From Octopus vulgaris (Eukaryota): a stretch of DNA of 64,000 bases. The notes below the pieces were generated by a model that had not been told where the DNA came from, did no database searches, and saw only the letters and a list, made by a program, of their open reading frames with translations. Each line of letters starts with the position of its first letter. Position 1 is the stretch's first letter. Position numbers and translations under genes: made by a program. The stretch spans positions 17,856,001 through 17,920,000 of the forward strand of contig OX597837.1 in assembly GCA_951406725.2 (NCBI GenBank), given 5' to 3'. Of the stretch, positions 51,618-64,000 are shown one piece after another.

Positions 51618-53237
51618 TGTGTGTGTATAGAATTCCTCAAATCACCATTTTAGTACCAGCAAAAAAAAAAAAAGGAAGATATGTATTTGAATATTTCTTG
51701 TTATATATCAAATTTAAACACAGACATTTTTATTCTGATGTTTAATTTTATATCTCACATTTTGTATTTGGCATATACTTGATTTTACATGATTGATATA
51801 TATACTAATTCATATTTATAATGTATAATTTAAAAATTTTAATTCTTAATATTACAAAGTATAATTTTTATTCTTAATTTTTACTTTTGCAAAGCTTTCT
51901 CTCCCCCCTCTCTCTCTCTCACATACACACATTGCAAAGCTTACAGATGGGCTGCTGAATTGTAATTTCTATGTTGCTTTGAGGGGAAGGTAAAACTTGA
52001 CAAATTGCTTCACCCTCTGTTGTTGGACTACCATGTTGTTTGTTTATAAGAGAAAGATTATGAATGTGATTAAATAATGAAAACAATATTTACTAAGCAT
52101 GTGAGCACTATTACACAAAGAAATAATTAGATATAAAATATAAAACTTAATAGAATTAGGAATCATATGTGTAAATATTAATAAGGTGCTAGAAGAGAAT
52201 CGCCCAGAGGGTGGTCTTTCTGCTGGTATATATAATTATTATAATTGTTTTTTGATAACATAATAGGTTAGATAGGATGATATCTATATTATAATATTAC
52301 AATAACCAATAATATGTTGTGCATGTATAGTAATATTACGATCATGAAATTAACATTAGCTTATCTCACTCTTTCTCATAGAACCTCTAGGAACCTTTGT
52401 TGAGAAACGCTGTGTTAGGATTACCACATGGTCTTATTGGGTTTCCACAAGTAGCTCTTGGATTTCTCTCTCTTGGATAATCATTCTTTGTTTGGAATTT
52501 GTTGTTTCTTTGTTTCTCTTGTTCTTTTTACACATAATCCCATTTTGTATCATCCTGTATCTTCCCCATTGTTTTTGTGACCTTTGTGATTAATAAAGAA
52601 AACATTTTTTTGATCACAGGTTGTGCATTTAAAATAGTTTTTTCTTCTTCTTTATGTTAACTGTCAACTCTTCAAAAATGTTTATTTTCTTATTGTTATT
52701 ACTTGTGTATTTCAAATTTTTGGTGTGATTTCTTGAATCTTTAAACAAAACAAGCTTGGGAATATGAGATTGTTGTTTGCCAAACAAGAAACATTTTTGA
52801 AAAATTGAAATTAGTTTTAGTACAATTCACAAAAACAAAATAAGTCTGACAAGAATTGTAACAAGAACGCTTATGTAGTGACTGATTAGATACTAGTGCA
52901 ATTATATTTAACAAAACTTTTTTATATGCATATTTCCATGTGAGTGTGTGTATGTGCTTGCACATGTGCTATATTATTCTGACTCCACTTATCCAAATAT
53001 AGCTACATCTGACAACATAATTATCTCAATTTGTTTGTTAGACTTTCACAACAGTCGTTGTTTACAAGTTTTTGTATGTGTATGTATTAGTAGTGGTTGT
53101 AGAAGTAGTAGGGATAAAAAACAAATAAAAAATAATATATATATATATACTACAAGGCAGGTATTTATATAATAAAAATTAATTTTAAAACACTTAAAAT
53201 ATATTCCAAATATGTATACTTATGCTCTCTCTCTCTG

Positions 53238-53262
<25 letters not shown>

Positions 53263-53268
<6 letters not shown>

Positions 53269-53770
53269 TAAATATAAAATATAAATTACAAAGTGGGACA
53301 AGAACGCAAAAACACGCAAAGAGACGACACAAAAAAACAAACGGGTCACTCGAAGCCTCTAATCTTCAGTCGGAACCGGATCATCTTAGCAATTTCGGCT
53401 GTTTAATCTCGATATCACTCCGAACCGGCCAGCCCCAAGGAAAAACTAAGCCACAGGCATTAGATTTCTTGGAAAGAGGATCGAATGTATATGAAACAAA
53501 GACAGGATGCCACACAAATATAAATACAAGAAACAAAAATAGAAATAAAAAACAAGAATAGTAAGCAGGACAAAAACAGCGGGCATCTTATGACAAAGAC
53601 AATTTTTAACTTATCTTGGCTGGCGTATTTGAAAAATGCCTTTGCGGCAAAACGAAAACAAACGTTAACATGGCAGCGGTCAAGCTGAAAAGACTGGTTT
53701 GAGAGCACGGAAGAAAGAAAAAGAAAAGCAGGGAGCAAGGAATCAAAGAGAGAGAGAAAGAAAGGGATGA
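53263..53770. repeat. Unclassified repeat between (TA)n tracts, copy 2
   Basis: Homologous to 1840-2263. Confidence 0.7.
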
Positions 53771-53784
53771 ATATATATATATAT

Positions 53785-54713
53785 TTGGGGTCATCTTTAC
53801 TCTATGTGGCCAAGCATTATCCTCATAAAAGAACACCTTTCATCTTGAAACCAAAGATGGTTGTTTTTCTTCTAGCTCTGACTTACACTGCTCAAGCTGC
53901 TTGCAGTAGATCTCCTTTGTTATCGTCTGGTTTGGGTTTAAAAGTTCAAAATGGACTAAACCTTTCATATCCCACCAAACAGATAACAACACCTTACTTG
54001 GGTGAAGACCTTTAGCCTGGGGTGCCAGTGTTTCTCCTTTCCCTACCCACTGTCATTTTTATAGAGAATCCATTTCTCATCATCAGTCACTATTTGATCC
54101 TTAAAAGGGTCATTTGTGAGGTGTGACAGCAAAAAAGAGCACACATTCACTCTCTGCATGCGATTAGACTCAGAAAGTTTGTGCATCAACCCAATTTGCT
54201 GACTTTTCTGATGGTACACATGTGTCGATGAATAGTTGAATGACCAAATCCAAGCTTTTCTGCTAGTTCCTCAACAGTTACAATGGGATTTTATTCCACC
54301 ATGGTTTGCAGAATGTCGGCATCAAGCTCTACAGATCTTACAGGACAAGGCTCGTCTTCTGGACTGTAGCTTCCAGCTCAGAATTTCTGGAACTACTATT
54401 GACACTGGCTTATGCTTATTGTCCCATCTGCGGATACTGAATTAATATTCCTCGCACTTTCTGTAGCATTGTTATCTTTATTGAACTCATAAAACAAAAT
54501 ATGCCAAATATGCTCCTTTGTCACTTCCATTATAGCTTTGAAAAAATAATTCTTAAAATCGAACTGTACTCTTCAAAACTTGCACTAAGAATAAGTACTA
54601 GGTAAAATTACTACCTGCTTTTATAGCAAGTTGATGCAGGTAGTTTATCCCATCCCCCTCCAACTTTTAGTTCATGCAATTGAAAAATCCGAATTATTTA
54701 TTTATGGGATGAC

Positions 54714-54719
<6 letters not shown>
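53785..54719 (-). mobile_element. Decayed mariner, 3'-truncated
   Basis: TIR-like tattaggtcatcccataaataa (minus); VFFYEDNAWPH near 53810-53838. Confidence 0.7.
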
Positions 54720-54760
<41 letters not shown>

Positions 54761-54890
54761 TTTGATACTTTGATAGGTTTCGGCCATTATTGGCCCAGGC
54801 CATTATTGGCCCAGGCCATGTCTAACTTAATAGCACCACCTATATATATATATTAATGGGATGACCTAATATATATATATATATATATTA

Positions 54891-55263
54891 GTGGCTGTGT
54901 AGTAAGTAGCTTGCTAACCAACCACATGGTTCCGGGTTCAGTCCCGCTGCGTGGCATCTTGGGCAAGTGTCTTCTACTGTAGCCCCAGGCCGACCAATGC
55001 CTTGTGAGTGGATTTGGTAGACGGAAACTGAAAGAAGCCTGTCGTATATATGTATGTGTATGTTTGTGTGTCTGTGTTTGTCCCCCTAGCATTGCTTGAC
55101 AACCGATGCTGGTGTGTTTACGTCCCCGTCACTTAGCGGTTCGGCAAAAAGAGACCGATAGAATAAGTACTGGGCTTACAAAGAATAAGTCCCGGGGTCG
55201 ATTTGCTAAACTAAAGGTGGTGCTCCAGCATGGCCGCAGTCAAATGACTGAAACAAGTAAAAG
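54891..55263 (+). mobile_element. OR2-like tRNA SINE, young and near full length
   Basis: A box tggctgtgtagt, B box ggttcagtccc, gggcaagtgtctt core, tail tgactgaaacaagtaaaag; many CpGs intact. Confidence 0.9.
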
Positions 55264-55345
55264 TATATAAAAAAGTATATATATAATTCCTCTATTTACA
55301 TAATATTGAGGTCTCTTTCTTTCTTTTGTTATCTTACCATTTTTA

Positions 55346-55391
<46 letters not shown>

Positions 55392-55394
55392 TGC

Positions 55395-56400
55395 TTGTGT
55401 ATAATTAGCAATGTTACATGGGTATGAAAGTTGGGCTATGAATGCACAGGATTTGCAAAGACTAGACAAAAAAGAAGTTAGCATGCTATGCCGGATGTGC
55501 AATGTCTGTGTGCATGTGAAACAAAATACAAATAAATGTGTTGAGAGAAAAATTGGGTATAAGAGGCATCAAATGTGAGTGCAAGAGGGGAGGTTCATGT
55601 GATGTGGATGGGTGAGGACAGTTGTAAAAAGTGCAATCTATAAAAGTGGGAGAAATGCAGAAATGAAAGAGAGGTTAGAAGACATGGGATGAGGTAGTGA
55701 AGACCATTTTCAAAATGTTGAGCCTCATGGAGGAGATGACAAAGGACTGTGAGGAATGGTGATATACTTTGCTTGAGGAGACCTGTCCATATCAGTAAAA
55801 ATGAGGTCCTGCCAAGCTTTTCTCCCCCACATCCCATCTCCTACTATCTGTCCATCCATCTATGTTCTAACTATGGCTATACTCACTGGGGTGCTGTAAA
55901 TGATACCATTTATTCCCCTATGCTTCACATTGTATCCCTGCTACGGTCCCTTATCTCCTCCTCCCTCTGATCCACTCTTATTTCCTACACGTCCCTCCCT
56001 AAACTGATATGTGTCTGTGTACTCCAATCTCCATCTCTAGTCGGCTGTCAAATTCTTTTCACATTCTCATGAACATACCTACTACTCTTTCTCTTCCTTT
56101 ATCCTTATTCTCTCTCTCATGTTCAAAATGTATCTTTATGGTACACCATCATCATATGTCCCTCTTTCCAATTGGGAAAGCTATGTATCTCCTCTTCAGG
56201 AAGACACTTGTTCCTGTCCATGTATTCACTTTTACCTCCTTTGCTACTATATCCCACTCAGTTGAGAGGTCTTGTCTTGAGAGTACTTGGTGACCTCACT
56301 AGTGTTGGTGTCATGAAAAAATACACCCAACACATTCTGTAAATTAATTAGCATTCATAAGAGGAGGATCCAACTGTAGAAACCGTGTCAACGCAGACAT
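55395..56400 (+). mobile_element. Old RTE 3' end (ORF end + pyrimidine-rich UTR)
   Basis: ESWAMNAQDLQRL..SMLCRMCNVCVH matches the GSETWAVTAEDM..MLRWMCNV region. Confidence 0.6.
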
Positions 56401-56420
56401 TGCAACTCAGCTCAATCTTC

Positions 56421-56472
<52 letters not shown>

Positions 56473-56476
<4 letters not shown>

Positions 56477-56736
56477 TGACGCATATTTGCCATTTGAATA
56501 TGGCTAACCCCTAAGGGTGGATGCTACTGTAGTTTGTAGCTCCAGGAAGATATCTCCTCCAGCTGGCTATAGACACACTATCTTTGCCCTCTCAGTATTT
56601 GTGAAGGGAAGTCAACCTTCCCGTCTTCAACTTATGATACACACGGACTCGAGTTAGGGGTTAGCCATATTCAAATGGCAAATATGCGTCACGATGTGTT
56701 ACCGCTACTGTTTATAACTCGCTCTGAGATTTATCA
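56473..56736. repeat. (TA)n-embedded element with a perfect 42-bp inverted repeat
   Basis: atcgtgacgcatatttgccatttgaatatggctaacccctaa (56473-56514) and its exact reverse complement (56654-56695). Confidence 0.85.
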
Positions 56737-56756
56737 TTATATATATATATATATAT

Positions 56757-57502
56757 TGTCAATAAAACATATATCAGAAAAAGAAACACACTCAAAGGAA
56801 TAGAGCAGTAAAATTCTGGTCATAGCGTTACCAAAGGTTTTGTATCCACAAAAACCACAGCCTCATGGACAGCTTATCAGACTCTATACAAAGACAAAAA
56901 AATTAAACTTTCTGCCATATGGATGTGAGGAAACACTCAGATATTGAGGATGGGTTATATGGACCAGAGGATAAAAATCTCTTACAGACCCAAAATAACC
57001 TAACCAGTAAATGGAGAGATCCAATTTTCCAATAGGTAGCACTTGAAATGGATACATTTAGAGAAAACTTCTTTACAATTATTCAATGTGCCAGGTTTAG
57101 CATAGTTCTTAAGAATTTTGATTCTCTTTGTGATGCAGATTTTGCAACAGCCACTTCCATTAATATATGAGCCTGGATGATCTATTATTTTCCACCAGAT
57201 GTCACATGGGGTCCCTTGATCTTTGAGATGCCACACATGGTTGGCCAGGGACATAAAATGTCCTTCTGGGGACTCTGAAAAATAACTGGTAGTTGCGGAA
57301 GTGATGTTTGAAAGATGTACTGATACCTCCTCTGTGTTGCTGGTCCTGGATTCATCATCATCTCTAGGTGTGGCGATTGTACTGGGCCTGATGACTCTCA
57401 GTGTTGATGATAATGTTGATCATCATCTGTGGCGGTGGTACTGGGGTCATCGGTTACCTTCTCTGTGTTGCTGGTCCTGGACTGGTCATCATCTCTGGGT
57501 GT
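56757..57502 (-). mobile_element. Penelope-like element 3' fragment (GIY-YIG C-part + 3' region)
   Basis: MSLANHVWHLKD..IWWKII..CKICITK..LNNCKEVFSKCIH; homologous to 33780-34075. Confidence 0.8.
56825..56884 (-). ncRNA. Decayed hammerhead motif at PLE 3' end
   Basis: gagt-CTGATAA-gc-tgtccatgagg..ttttgtggata-c-AAAA-cc-ttt-gg-TA-acgc; same position relative to the PLE as 33456-33515. Confidence 0.5.
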
Positions 57503-57505
57503 ATG

Positions 57506-57570
<65 letters not shown>

Positions 57571-57854
57571 ACATACATACACATACACTCATGTATGGAT
57601 GCATACACACATTCATATATACAGGCTGTGAGGGCTAGTTATGACACATAATATAAGGGCATTACATTTTCCAAATCATTTCAGAGGTTTTCATTTCTTC
57701 AGATCCCTCATGGTATGAAAAATGCAACATGAGAAAGAAGAGACATGCAGTCATCATTACCGTATATGTGAAACAAGCGATTTAGAAATTTCCAACTTTC
57801 TAAATGGTACAAGATCTTTTGTACTCAAAGTTCAGATGGAATTAGAAGCCTCTG

Positions 57855-58482
57855 GTTGGAATGTTTCCAGTGTTTTCTAACCCAGGATGAGTGTTGGCTT
57901 CATCACTTTGAGCTAGAGACAAAGAGACAATCCAAGGAGTGGAAACAACACCTCTTCTCACTTGCTCCGAAGGAAGCTGAGGTCATTTCATCTGCAGGGA
58001 AGGTGATGGCCCCAGTTTTTTTTTGGATGCAAAAGCATTGTGTTTATTGACTATTTTCAAAAGTCCCCACCAACAGTAGAGAGTACTATGCCAACTTACT
58101 GAGGTAGTTACAAAAAGCTGTCAAGACCAAATGCTCTGGTAAACTGACAAAATGGGCCTTATTTTCTTCTGGACACAAGTCTTTGGTTTCAATGGCTACT
58201 GTGCATGACTGTGGATTTTAACTGGTTGATCATCATCCCTATTCTCCAGATTTGACCCCATGTGACAGTCAACTGTTTCCCAACAGGAAAAAAAAACACT
58301 TGGCTGGGAACCAGTATCACAGTGATGATGATGTTATATCTACTGTTGACGACGTTTTTGACCAACAAGATGAAAGCTTCTTTACCAATGAGATCCTACC
58401 ACTGCAGCACTGATGGAAGAAGTGTGTGGACCTCAAGAGCGACTATGTTGAAACATAAACTTCATTTGGTTCCATTCTGCTA
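57855..58482 (+). mobile_element. Mariner fragment, same family as 2355-3243
   Basis: LTQDECWLHHFE, SAGKVMA, HHPYSPDLTP; collinear with 2610-3200. Confidence 0.85.
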
Positions 58483-58487
58483 GAGTA

Positions 58488-58782
58488 TCTTGGTCGACAC
58501 CTGGGGAAATGCAAGCACAAGACCATCCTGCCTGGTGAAACTGCACCAGCTGAGGTGCTACCTTATATGAAGAGAATGGAATTGCAGGGACACAAAGAAA
58601 ATACAAATGGTGCAAGTCCAGTACCAACTCCTCGCCTTCAGGCTCAGCAGATCACCAATGTCCAACCTGCAGAAAAGCTTTCTGAGCACACAACAGACTG
58701 ATTGGCCACAGCCAGACACCATACCCCATCTTCTCCCATGTCATGTTCTTCATCATTGTCAACAAAGACAGACGAACTAATA
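58488..58782 (+). mobile_element. RTE (BovB-like) LINE extreme 3' end with C2H2 finger
   Basis: WEMQAQDHPAW..GATLYEENG..CPTCRKAF*AHNRLIGH. Confidence 0.65.
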
Positions 58783-59759
58783 ATGTGTGTGTGTGTGTGT
58801 GTTTTTTTAGTGTTATCAATCATTGGAATAATATCATGCTAGGGTATTGCTCTAATGCTTTTCCTTAATCAAATGAACTGCATTAATTATTTTAGTAAGA
58901 TTCTTTATGTTTCATATACATACATATTATAAAAATTTATGTATTCATATTGACAAAAATATATATCTACTTACAGATGTTCTTTTACTTTCTGTCTCTC
59001 TCCCCTCTGCCCATCCCTCTCTCTATTTCTCCCTCCCTATCCCTTCCTTTATCTTCTCTTCTCTTTTACACACACACACTCTCACGCTGTCGTTAGATCT
59101 TAGAAATGTTGGTTAAAGCTGCTGCGAAGCTGCAACTTTCTGCAGATTTTGTTTTGTTGAGTTGGCTGTGGCCTTTTTGGTGGAACAACAACAACCATAA
59201 ACATATTTACATGATGAATCATATTTTCACACGAGCACACACGCACGCACACACACACACACACACACACATCCTGAATAGTGAATTAATGAGATCCTCC
59301 TTCACCCTGTCCCCTCCAAAACAATGGTTTCAGTTTCAAGTTTACCCTTTCAGATCCATTTCCTGACATTATTTTATTTCTACATATTTATTTATTTATT
59401 ATTGAATATTAATTTTTTTTTCCATATATCTCATGTTGGTTGGGTAGTGAGGTGTTGGGTAAGAGTCATAAGGGTAGTGGTTGTGATGATGGTGCTGAAG
59501 GGTGAAATGGTCATGGTGGTGGTGGTGGTAGTAATGACTCTTATACACACACACACACACACAGATCAATAATGTGGGATATGTTTTCATCAATGTGATT
59601 GCCATTAACTTTTAGACTCAGCATTATCACCAGCATCATCAGCTGCATTGATAGAGAAGAGAAATGTGTGTAGTGAGTTGTGAGTAGTGGTGGTGGTGGG
59701 GTTTAAGAATGACACCCCTATTGAAGGTTGTTCTCCTTCCTTTCACCCAATTAGAATTC

Positions 59760-60052
59760 ATTCCACCACTGTTATTACTACAATCAATACCACTACTACT
59801 ACCTTCATCTATGCCACCACCACTACCTGGATTACCAACAACATCCCACCATTACCTCCACCATCACTATCACGATGACCATCATCCCTGCCACTACCAC
59901 CACCACTGTCATTACTATCACTACTACAACCACCACTAACATTACCACCACCATCATGACCACTACTATCATTATCAACAACACCACTAGTACCACTACA
60001 AACTCCTCTGCTACTCTACTACTACCATCACCACCACCACTACACACCTCAA
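59760..60052. repeat. Degenerate (ACC/ACT/ATC)n low-complexity tract
   Basis: Directly visible; gives spurious Thr/His/Val-rich ORFs. Confidence 0.9.
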
Positions 60053-61027
60053 ATACAATTAGTTTAACTTGTGAAACCAGTGAACCAAACCAATTTAGCC
60101 CAGTTGGTCCAGCCAAAGTCAGTTGAGACCAGTCAAATGGTAACAACAGCACATCTGTCCATTTGTAGTCATGCTATGTGTATGTATTTGGAAATAAGTT
60201 TGTGTTTGTGTAAATGTAGTGCATATACATGCATGCACGTGCATTTGTATACATGTTTCATTATTATTAGCAGCAGCATCACACAGCTGTTTTCTCACGC
60301 TTGTAAGAGTTGGACACACACATGTTTAGGAGTGTGTATAGTTCTGTTATAGAGTTAAGTATTAAAAAATCTTTTAAGACCTGATCGGTAGAAAATTGAA
60401 TGAGGGTGTTCTGACCATTGGTGTTGTGTTTCAGATTAATTTAATCAATGGCCAAAGACACATCTATCTAATATGGTGTTTTGTGGAAGTGGTGGTGGGA
60501 AACAATGTAGTGAGGGGTTAAGTAGAAAGAATGAAACTTAGATTTCCCTTTTCCTTTTGCCTGTTCTTTTGAGAGATGAGTATTATTACATTGTAGCATA
60601 TGTGCATTTGTGTGTTCCAACCCATAACCACATGCATACACATGCAAACATATAGCAAGTGCAAATCAGTGGTGTGCTTATATGTACTTATGGCATCATT
60701 CACATGCATACATATCACAAGCATGTTTGCACGTATTATTTGTTTTGTTTTTTTTTTACATTTGTTTTTCCATACTAATATTGATCATACAAATGTATTA
60801 TTGAAGCACTGTTTAACAGTCAGATGCCCTTCCCGTTGCTAACACCTGTTTCTCAAGAAAGAGATCTTTTATTCTGTATGTCTTTGAAGACACAAAACCA
60901 AAAGACAATTTGTTACAAATGACTGTGACAATTGACAAGTCCCTCAATCCCTTGGGGGCCATTGGGGTGCTGCAGCCATGCAGTGTATCTAGGGCGAAAA
61001 AGCCTGGTGGAGTTCATTCCTCTCTAG

Positions 61028-61173
61028 GCTACACTCATTTCTATAGCTGAGTGGACTGGAGCAACATGAAGTGTTTTTGCTCAAGGACACAATGCATTGC
61101 CTGGTCCAGGGATCGAAACCACAATCTTATGGTTGTGAATCCAACATCTTAACCACTAAACCATGCACCTCCA
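61028..61173 (-). mobile_element. tRNA-derived SINE head related to the 61969-62350 family
   Basis: Minus strand gtggaggtgcatggtttagtggttaag..ggtttcgatccctggacc..gtgtccttgagcaa. Confidence 0.7.
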
Positions 61174-61968
61174 CAATTGATTGTATCACTTATAAGCAAA
61201 CACACACACACACATTCTGACAGAGTGTATCTAGGACTACGTTATGTTATGTGTCCTTTTTTCTTTAATGTAGCAGAGTGTGATTTGAGTAAGATGTGGC
61301 TGTTGTTTCTTGCAGCTTATATGGCCAGATAGTAGCTTACTGAATACACTGAAAGAAAATCAAAAAACAAGGAAATAATTTTGAACTTTATTTTGGCTGC
61401 TGGTCAATCCTGATGCTACGAGACTATCATGATCAAATGTGTTCCAGCTGGGTGCATCCCATATTTTATTGAAACACAGTGTATCTATTGATTGCATCCG
61501 TTATTGCATCTATAATGTTGATTGCATCCTTTATTTTTAGATGGTCAGGTCTGATTTGAGGGAGATTTTGCTTCTGTTTGTTGCAGGTCTAATGATGGGC
61601 AAGTCATTGGTTGCGTATGTTTATGCTGCATCAAAACAATATCAAATACCCTTCCAAACAGTTGACAGGTTAATGTAGAGAGACTAGGATCCTCCATAGT
61701 AATATTTTCTCTACATGTAGATATAGATGTGTATGTATCTCTTTCTCTCTCTATATATATACATATATATTGTGAAATCCTGACACCAACCCTGTTGGAA
61801 AGCAAGTCAACTGTCCTAAACTGTATAAAGGCACATGCACACTGTCAGGTGCTTTGTGAAGACAGTCGTAGAAGTTGTTGAGAAGGGATATTGTTTGTTA
61901 TGTGTTGTTTCTGATTTATATTTGTATTTTTATAACTTTGTTATATGTCCACGTTATACAGTGGTATA

Positions 61969-62350
61969 TGGAAGCACTCCGTCGGTTATGACGATGAGGG
62001 TTCCGGTTGATCTGAATCAACGGAACAGCCTGCTCGTGAAATTAACGTGTAAGTGGCTGAGCACTCCACTAACACGTGTACCCTTAACGTAGTTCTCGGG
62101 GATATTCAGCGTGACACAGAGAGTGACAAGGCCGGCCCTTTGAAATTGTACAACAGAAACAGGAAGTAAGAGTGAGAGAAAGTTGTGGTGAAAGAGTACA
62201 GCAGGGATCACCACCATCCCCTGCCAGAGCCTCGTGGAGCTTTAGGTGTTTTCGCTCAATAAACACTCACAACGCCCGGTCTGGGAATCGAAACCACGAT
62301 CCTATGAACGCGAGTCCGCTGCCCTAACCACTGGGCCATTGCGCCTCCAC
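61969..62350 (-). mobile_element. tRNA-derived SINE, third family (octopus OR1-like), full length and young
   Basis: Minus strand gtggaggcgcaatggcccagtggttagg (A box)..ggtttcgattccc (B box)..aaccgacggagtgcttcca. Confidence 0.85.
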
Positions 62351-62417
62351 TACAGTGGTATATACAGTGAGTGCAAAGAAGGACATAATATTATCAACAG
62401 GACACAACATATATATA

Positions 62418-63468
62418 TATCAGGTTGAGTAAAAAGTAAGCAACATTTTGAACTATGAAGAATTTGTACCAGATTTTTGCAGAGTTTTGAATTTTTTTTA
62501 ATGCATTTTTTTTTTTAAATTGTCTGATAATACAGACATAGACTTGCCCAAATGCATCAATAAATTAACATTGATATTCTTTTCACCGTTGTTACAGTCA
62601 TTTGAAATGGAACTGTCAGAGCACGATATTCGAACAATTTTACTATTCAACTTCAAAAAAGGATGTAAAGCAGCCAAAACTGCTTGTGATCTCAATGAAA
62701 CATTTGGTGAGGAAATGACCAGTGAATGGTCAGCTCGAAAATGGTTTAAATGATTTTGCAGTAGAGATCCAAGCCTTGAAGATTTTGAGCATAGTGGACA
62801 CCAAAAGCTCGCTCGATCTTGATTTTCAGTATGGATACGGACCGTGAAAGCCTGGCCCATCGATCCTTTCCGTCATTGAGAAAGATCCATGTAAAACAAC
62901 TCAAGAACTGGCAAAAGAACTTCAATTTAGCCAGAAAACTACCAGCAACCATTTGCATGTGATCGGAAAATCAAAAAACCTTGACAAATGGGTACCACAT
63001 GATTTAAATGAAAATCAGAAAAATGCGAAGATATGAAATTTTCTCATTGCTTCTTCTCCATAACTAGACCGATCCATTTCTCAGCCATATTCTAACTTGT
63101 GATGAAAAATAGATTCTGTGCAGTAATAAAAAAATGTTCTTCACAGTGGTTGGACTAAAATGAAGCACTGTAAACCTTCCCTAAACCCGAGCCCTTCAAA
63201 AAGGTTATGATGACTGTTTGGTGGTGTATTGCTGGACTCGTCCACTATAACTACTTAAAACCATTACTGCAGAAACATTGCCATGAAATTGCCAAAATGA
63301 ACGAAAATCTGCTACTCCTGCATCCCAGATTGGTCAACAGAAGGGAACCAATCATTCTTCATGACAATGTTCAACCACATGTTTCACTAATGACGCTCCA
63401 GAAGTTGAGGGAACTTGGCTACAAAGTTCTTTCCCACCCAGCTTATTCCCCAAACCTTTTTCCTACCG
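62418..63468 (+). mobile_element. Decayed mariner with 5' TIR, 3'-truncated
   Basis: ta-tcaggttgagtaaaaagtaagc TIR; MELSEHDIRTILLFNFKKG HTH, KWVPHDL, LTCDEK, LHDNVQPH, HPAYSPNL. Confidence 0.88.
62802..62869 (+). pseudogene. 28S (LSU) rRNA fragment, ~68 nt
   Basis: caaaagctcgctcgatcttgattttcagtatggatacggaccgtgaaagcctggcccatcgatccttt matches from memory the conserved eukaryotic LSU segment GGCAAAAGCTCGCTTGATCTTGATTTTCAGTACGAATACAGACCGTGAAAGC. Confidence 0.85.
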
Positions 63469-63632
63469 AAGGGAGCATGCACTACACATATGTACTCTAG
63501 ACATAATAGCCAAGAAATGATGCATTACAAAAATCTTTATGCATGCGCAGGAAGGGTGGCGTCACATCCCATCCAAAGGTTTTAGTTTTGATAGAAAAAA
63601 TCAAGTCTGATACTTTCTGAACATGTCTCATA
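63469..63632. mobile_element. Terminus of a different mariner-like element
   Basis: Ends gtctgatactttctgaacatgtctca-ta, a TIR-like end that is not the reverse complement of the 62418 TIR. Confidence 0.45.
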
Positions 63633-64000
63633 TTTATAATTGCTGCTGTTACTACTACCACCACCACTACTCAGAAAGAATTAAATCATTCAAATCGTGT
63701 AGGCCTTTTCAGGAAAGAAGGAATTGGTGATGGTGCTGGCTGTATGCTTAATGATTCAATAGTAATTAATAGTTCACTGTTGGCTCAAATCAAGTTGTTG
63801 CTACAAATTATAATTTAAGATGTTTGATTTGAAATGATTTGGGAATTGTTTTTAAGGTAGATGAGGTGAGATAGCATGCTTTATGAAGTGTGTTGTTGTT
63901 TAGCCCAAGGTCAGCTTTGTTGTTTCAGTGGTGTATATTCTGCACTGCAGGAAGTGTTGATTGGTGTTTATTAAGGGATAAATTTCCATTGAACTGAGTT

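Noticed and set aside
59687-60152. Thr-rich mucin-like and His-rich ORFs
   Set aside because: Degenerate trinucleotide repeat open in several frames on both strands.
62270-62350. tRNA gene on the minus strand
   Set aside because: A/B boxes are present, but it continues into a SINE body and lacks a proper acceptor stem; it is a SINE head.

Overview
AT-rich, microsatellite-rich eukaryotic DNA, not a prokaryotic region. The SINE repertoire resembles the tRNA-derived OR1/OR2-type SINEs of Octopus, so a coleoid cephalopod is inferred. The window looks like a very large intron or intergenic region filled with decayed mobile elements: about 7 Tc1/mariner remnants, a pogo-like MITE, 3 Helitron-like non-autonomous pieces, LINE fragments (L1-Tx1, RTE, R4/Dong, CR1/Jockey-like), several Penelope-like elements (PLEs) and many SINE copies. 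No intact autonomous element or complete host gene is present. Two or three short + strand candidate exons (best: 36385-36432) suggest an unidentified host gene. The most interesting observations are: (1) a short (TA)n-associated repeat family whose copies show an end-to-start junction, consistent with a circular or tandem RNA template (retrozyme/PLE-like); (2) degenerate hammerhead-ribozyme motifs at PLE ends; (3) a ~68-nt 28S rRNA fragment captured inside a mariner transposase; (4) a twin-priming-type inversion inside a PLE GIY-YIG gene; (5) a long low-complexity insert between the GIY and YIG motifs. All family assignments come from motif recognition by eye; no database search was run.
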